Of a stretch of DNA of 64,000 bases, positions 62,648-64,000 are shown in pieces (within the stretch, counting starts at the first letter, position 1; the number at the start of each line of letters is the position of its first letter). The stretch lies in NCBI GenBank assembly GCA_963707025.1, contig CAVPOM010000002.1, positions 32,001 to 96,000 of the forward strand, read 5' to 3'. The notes under the pieces are model-generated. The model searched no databases. It was not told where the DNA came from and saw only the letters and a program-made list of their open reading frames with translations. Position numbers and translations under genes: made by a program. The stretch comes from an uncultured Verrucomicrobiae bacterium (lineage in GTDB: Bacteria; Verrucomicrobiota; Verrucomicrobiia; Limisphaerales; Palsa-1400).

Positions 62648-62939
62648 CGGAATCGGTGACGACGGGGAAAACTTGTCAAGCCCTAAATTTCAGACAAGCG
62701 AATTGGTCTTGACAAGGCCCAAAAACAGCCATTTTTATGAGTGCCGTGGTAAAAGTGTGGCATGTTTAAAAATGAACTTGCCCGCTCCGAGACAAGGAGC
62801 GGTTTGATAAAATCCGTGGTGAAGATAACCGAATGCGAGACCGTATCGGCAGCGAACGACCTGTTGCGCCAAGGGCATCACATCATCGTCGGAATCGCCT
62901 TTTCCGGCAATTTCAGGGAGCGCGTAATAACGCCGACGA

Positions 62940-63146
62940 TTATCGTCGGGGAGCTTCCCGCCGACTCCCAATTATATAAGCCCTCTTGTCGCTGAAAGAC
63001 CCATCCTCGCCAACCCTTCGAGTGTATAGAATCCCGAGGAAGCACCACCCGTGGTCGGCGAGTTTTCGGTTCACTTCATCAAGATCGGTATATTCCTGAA
63101 TGCAGCCCACGTCTTGCGGGGGCCATGTTGGTGCAGACGCTTCCAT
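62940..63146 (-). CDS. Small hypothetical passenger protein (68 aa)
   Basis: ATG ORF starting 44 nt inside the right TIR; EVNRKLA..GW.FL pattern. Confidence 0.45.
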   Translation of the reverse strand: MEASAPTWPPQDVGCIQEYTDLDEVNRKLADHGWCFLGILYTRRVGEDGSFSDKRAYIIGSRREAPRR

Positions 63147-63225
63147 ATTGTTTTCAGTGTGGGGGTTTGATAATCAGATGTCCAGAGATTTTATCAACAA
63201 TCCGTTAGTACACGACCTTATTTCT

Positions 63226-63455
63226 TGATGGGATTTATCCATGCGCTGATTGGCATTCCGATGATGGTTTTCGGCAACGCCGCCAGCCGGATTGAGGAAG
63301 TTATCTTCCAGTTGATGCCGGTCGTCATGGGCGTGATTGGCTTCGTTGTCTTTGTGGTATTCGCCGCCGTTTACAACCTGCCGGCCTTGTGGGTGGGCGG
63401 CTTTGAATTGGAGGTGAAGAACCTCGGGAAGTCATCGGACAGAGGCGGCGCCTGA
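63226..63455 (+). pseudogene. 3' half of the interrupted small membrane-protein gene (DUF3566-like pattern)
   Basis: Hydrophobic helices ending in AAVYNL...VGGFELEV; in frame with 57847..57922. Confidence 0.75.
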
Positions 63456-63483
63456 TCCCCCGGCGTCAAAGGCGGCCGCGTCA

Positions 63484-64000
63484 TCAAAACGGGGCGATGA
63501 CCTTTGTGGCGTCGAGGCGATAAATCCCGGCCAGGGAACCGTTGTCCATGATGGGGCCGACGTGCAGAGTGCCCGCGACGGTTACCGGTTGATCCATGAC
63601 CGGCGGGACGCCCCGGCCCGTCACCCGCACGGTGATCCACTCGTTGATTTTTGGGGGCACCCCGTAACAGCACATGGATTGGTTGCGCATCAAGAGGAAT
63701 TCGACGGTCAGGCCGTTGTTCATCGTGACGGGAAGAAGAAAGCCCTGAATGGCCACCTCTTTGCCATCCAGCGATTGCACCCCGGCGGGAATCTGTCCCC
63801 GCGCCTGGGCGGCGGTTTGGGCCGGGCCGGCGGTTCCCTCGGCCATTTCCTGTGTCAACGAGAAATCATACCCGGCCAGGGTGTTGAAATCGAGGTTTTG
63901 GCAGCCCGGAACAGGCGCGCCGGGGGCGGCCAGGCTGGTGATGGACGGCAGGTTGGTCCTGGCCAGGTCCGCCGCCGTTCCCGCCGTGCCTGCCGGCATG
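63484..64000 (-). CDS. DUF3299-like protein, 5'-partial
   Basis: LDGKEV.I.GF.LP, EFLL, CC.G.PP..NEWI.V, PV.V.GTL, YRL. Confidence 0.8.
   Translation of the reverse strand, partial: MPAGTAGTAADLARTNLPSITSLAAPGAPVPGCQNLDFNTLAGYDFSLTQEMAEGTAGPAQTAAQARGQIPAGVQSLDGKEVAIQGFLLPVTMNNGLTVEFLLMRNQSMCCYGVPPKINEWITVRVTGRGVPPVMDQPVTVAGTLHVGPIMDNGSLAGIYRLDATKVIAPF

Larger units (their letters stand above)
57923..63217 (+). mobile_element. IS1-family cargo-carrying transposon, 5295 bp
   Basis: Perfect 28-bp TIRs GGTCGTGTACTAACGGATTGTTGATAAA (57923-57950 and 63190-63217); 8-bp TSD TTATTTCT (57915-57922 and 63218-63225); internal IS1-type transposase. Confidence 0.95.

Noticed and set aside
62762..62995. 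77-aa + strand ORF near the right TIR
   Set aside because: Overlaps the convergent 62940..63146 ORF and has no recognisable motif; possible but unsupported

Overview
GC-rich bacterial chromosome segment, most likely Verrucomicrobiota of the Pedosphaera/Limisphaera type. This is an inference from gene repertoire and repeat style; no marker gene is present. Left to right the window holds: (1) a redox/stress cluster (malic enzyme, ald, pilin-like protein, FAD monooxygenase, USP, radical SAM, PocR-AraC, cNMP-binding protein, cytidylate-kinase-like, DUF2934); (2) a Cus/Czc-type RND metal efflux operon with an ORF6N gene inside it; (3) GH109 and an ArsR-SRPBCC pair; (4) a complete methylmalonyl-CoA/propionate gene set split between mutB and meaB by a ~4.7 kb accessory island (REPs, a PD-(D/E)XK nuclease, a truncated IS21-like module with iteron-like repeats, and a 327-bp direct repeat rich in TGTAACG), with a diverged copy of the operon's own promoter region and first 38 codons sitting in front of meaB; (5) housekeeping genes (topB, leuD, glnS, dgt, ispH) and a VapBC-type pair; (6) a fully delimited 5.3 kb IS1-family cargo transposon (28-bp perfect TIRs, 8-bp TSD) that splits a small membrane-protein gene and carries a HEPN-like protein, a zinc-ribbon gene hit by a nested IS3, and a candidate structured RNA. 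Many single-base frameshifts fall in homopolymer runs and are probably sequencing errors. All family assignments come from motif recognition by eye, not database searches.
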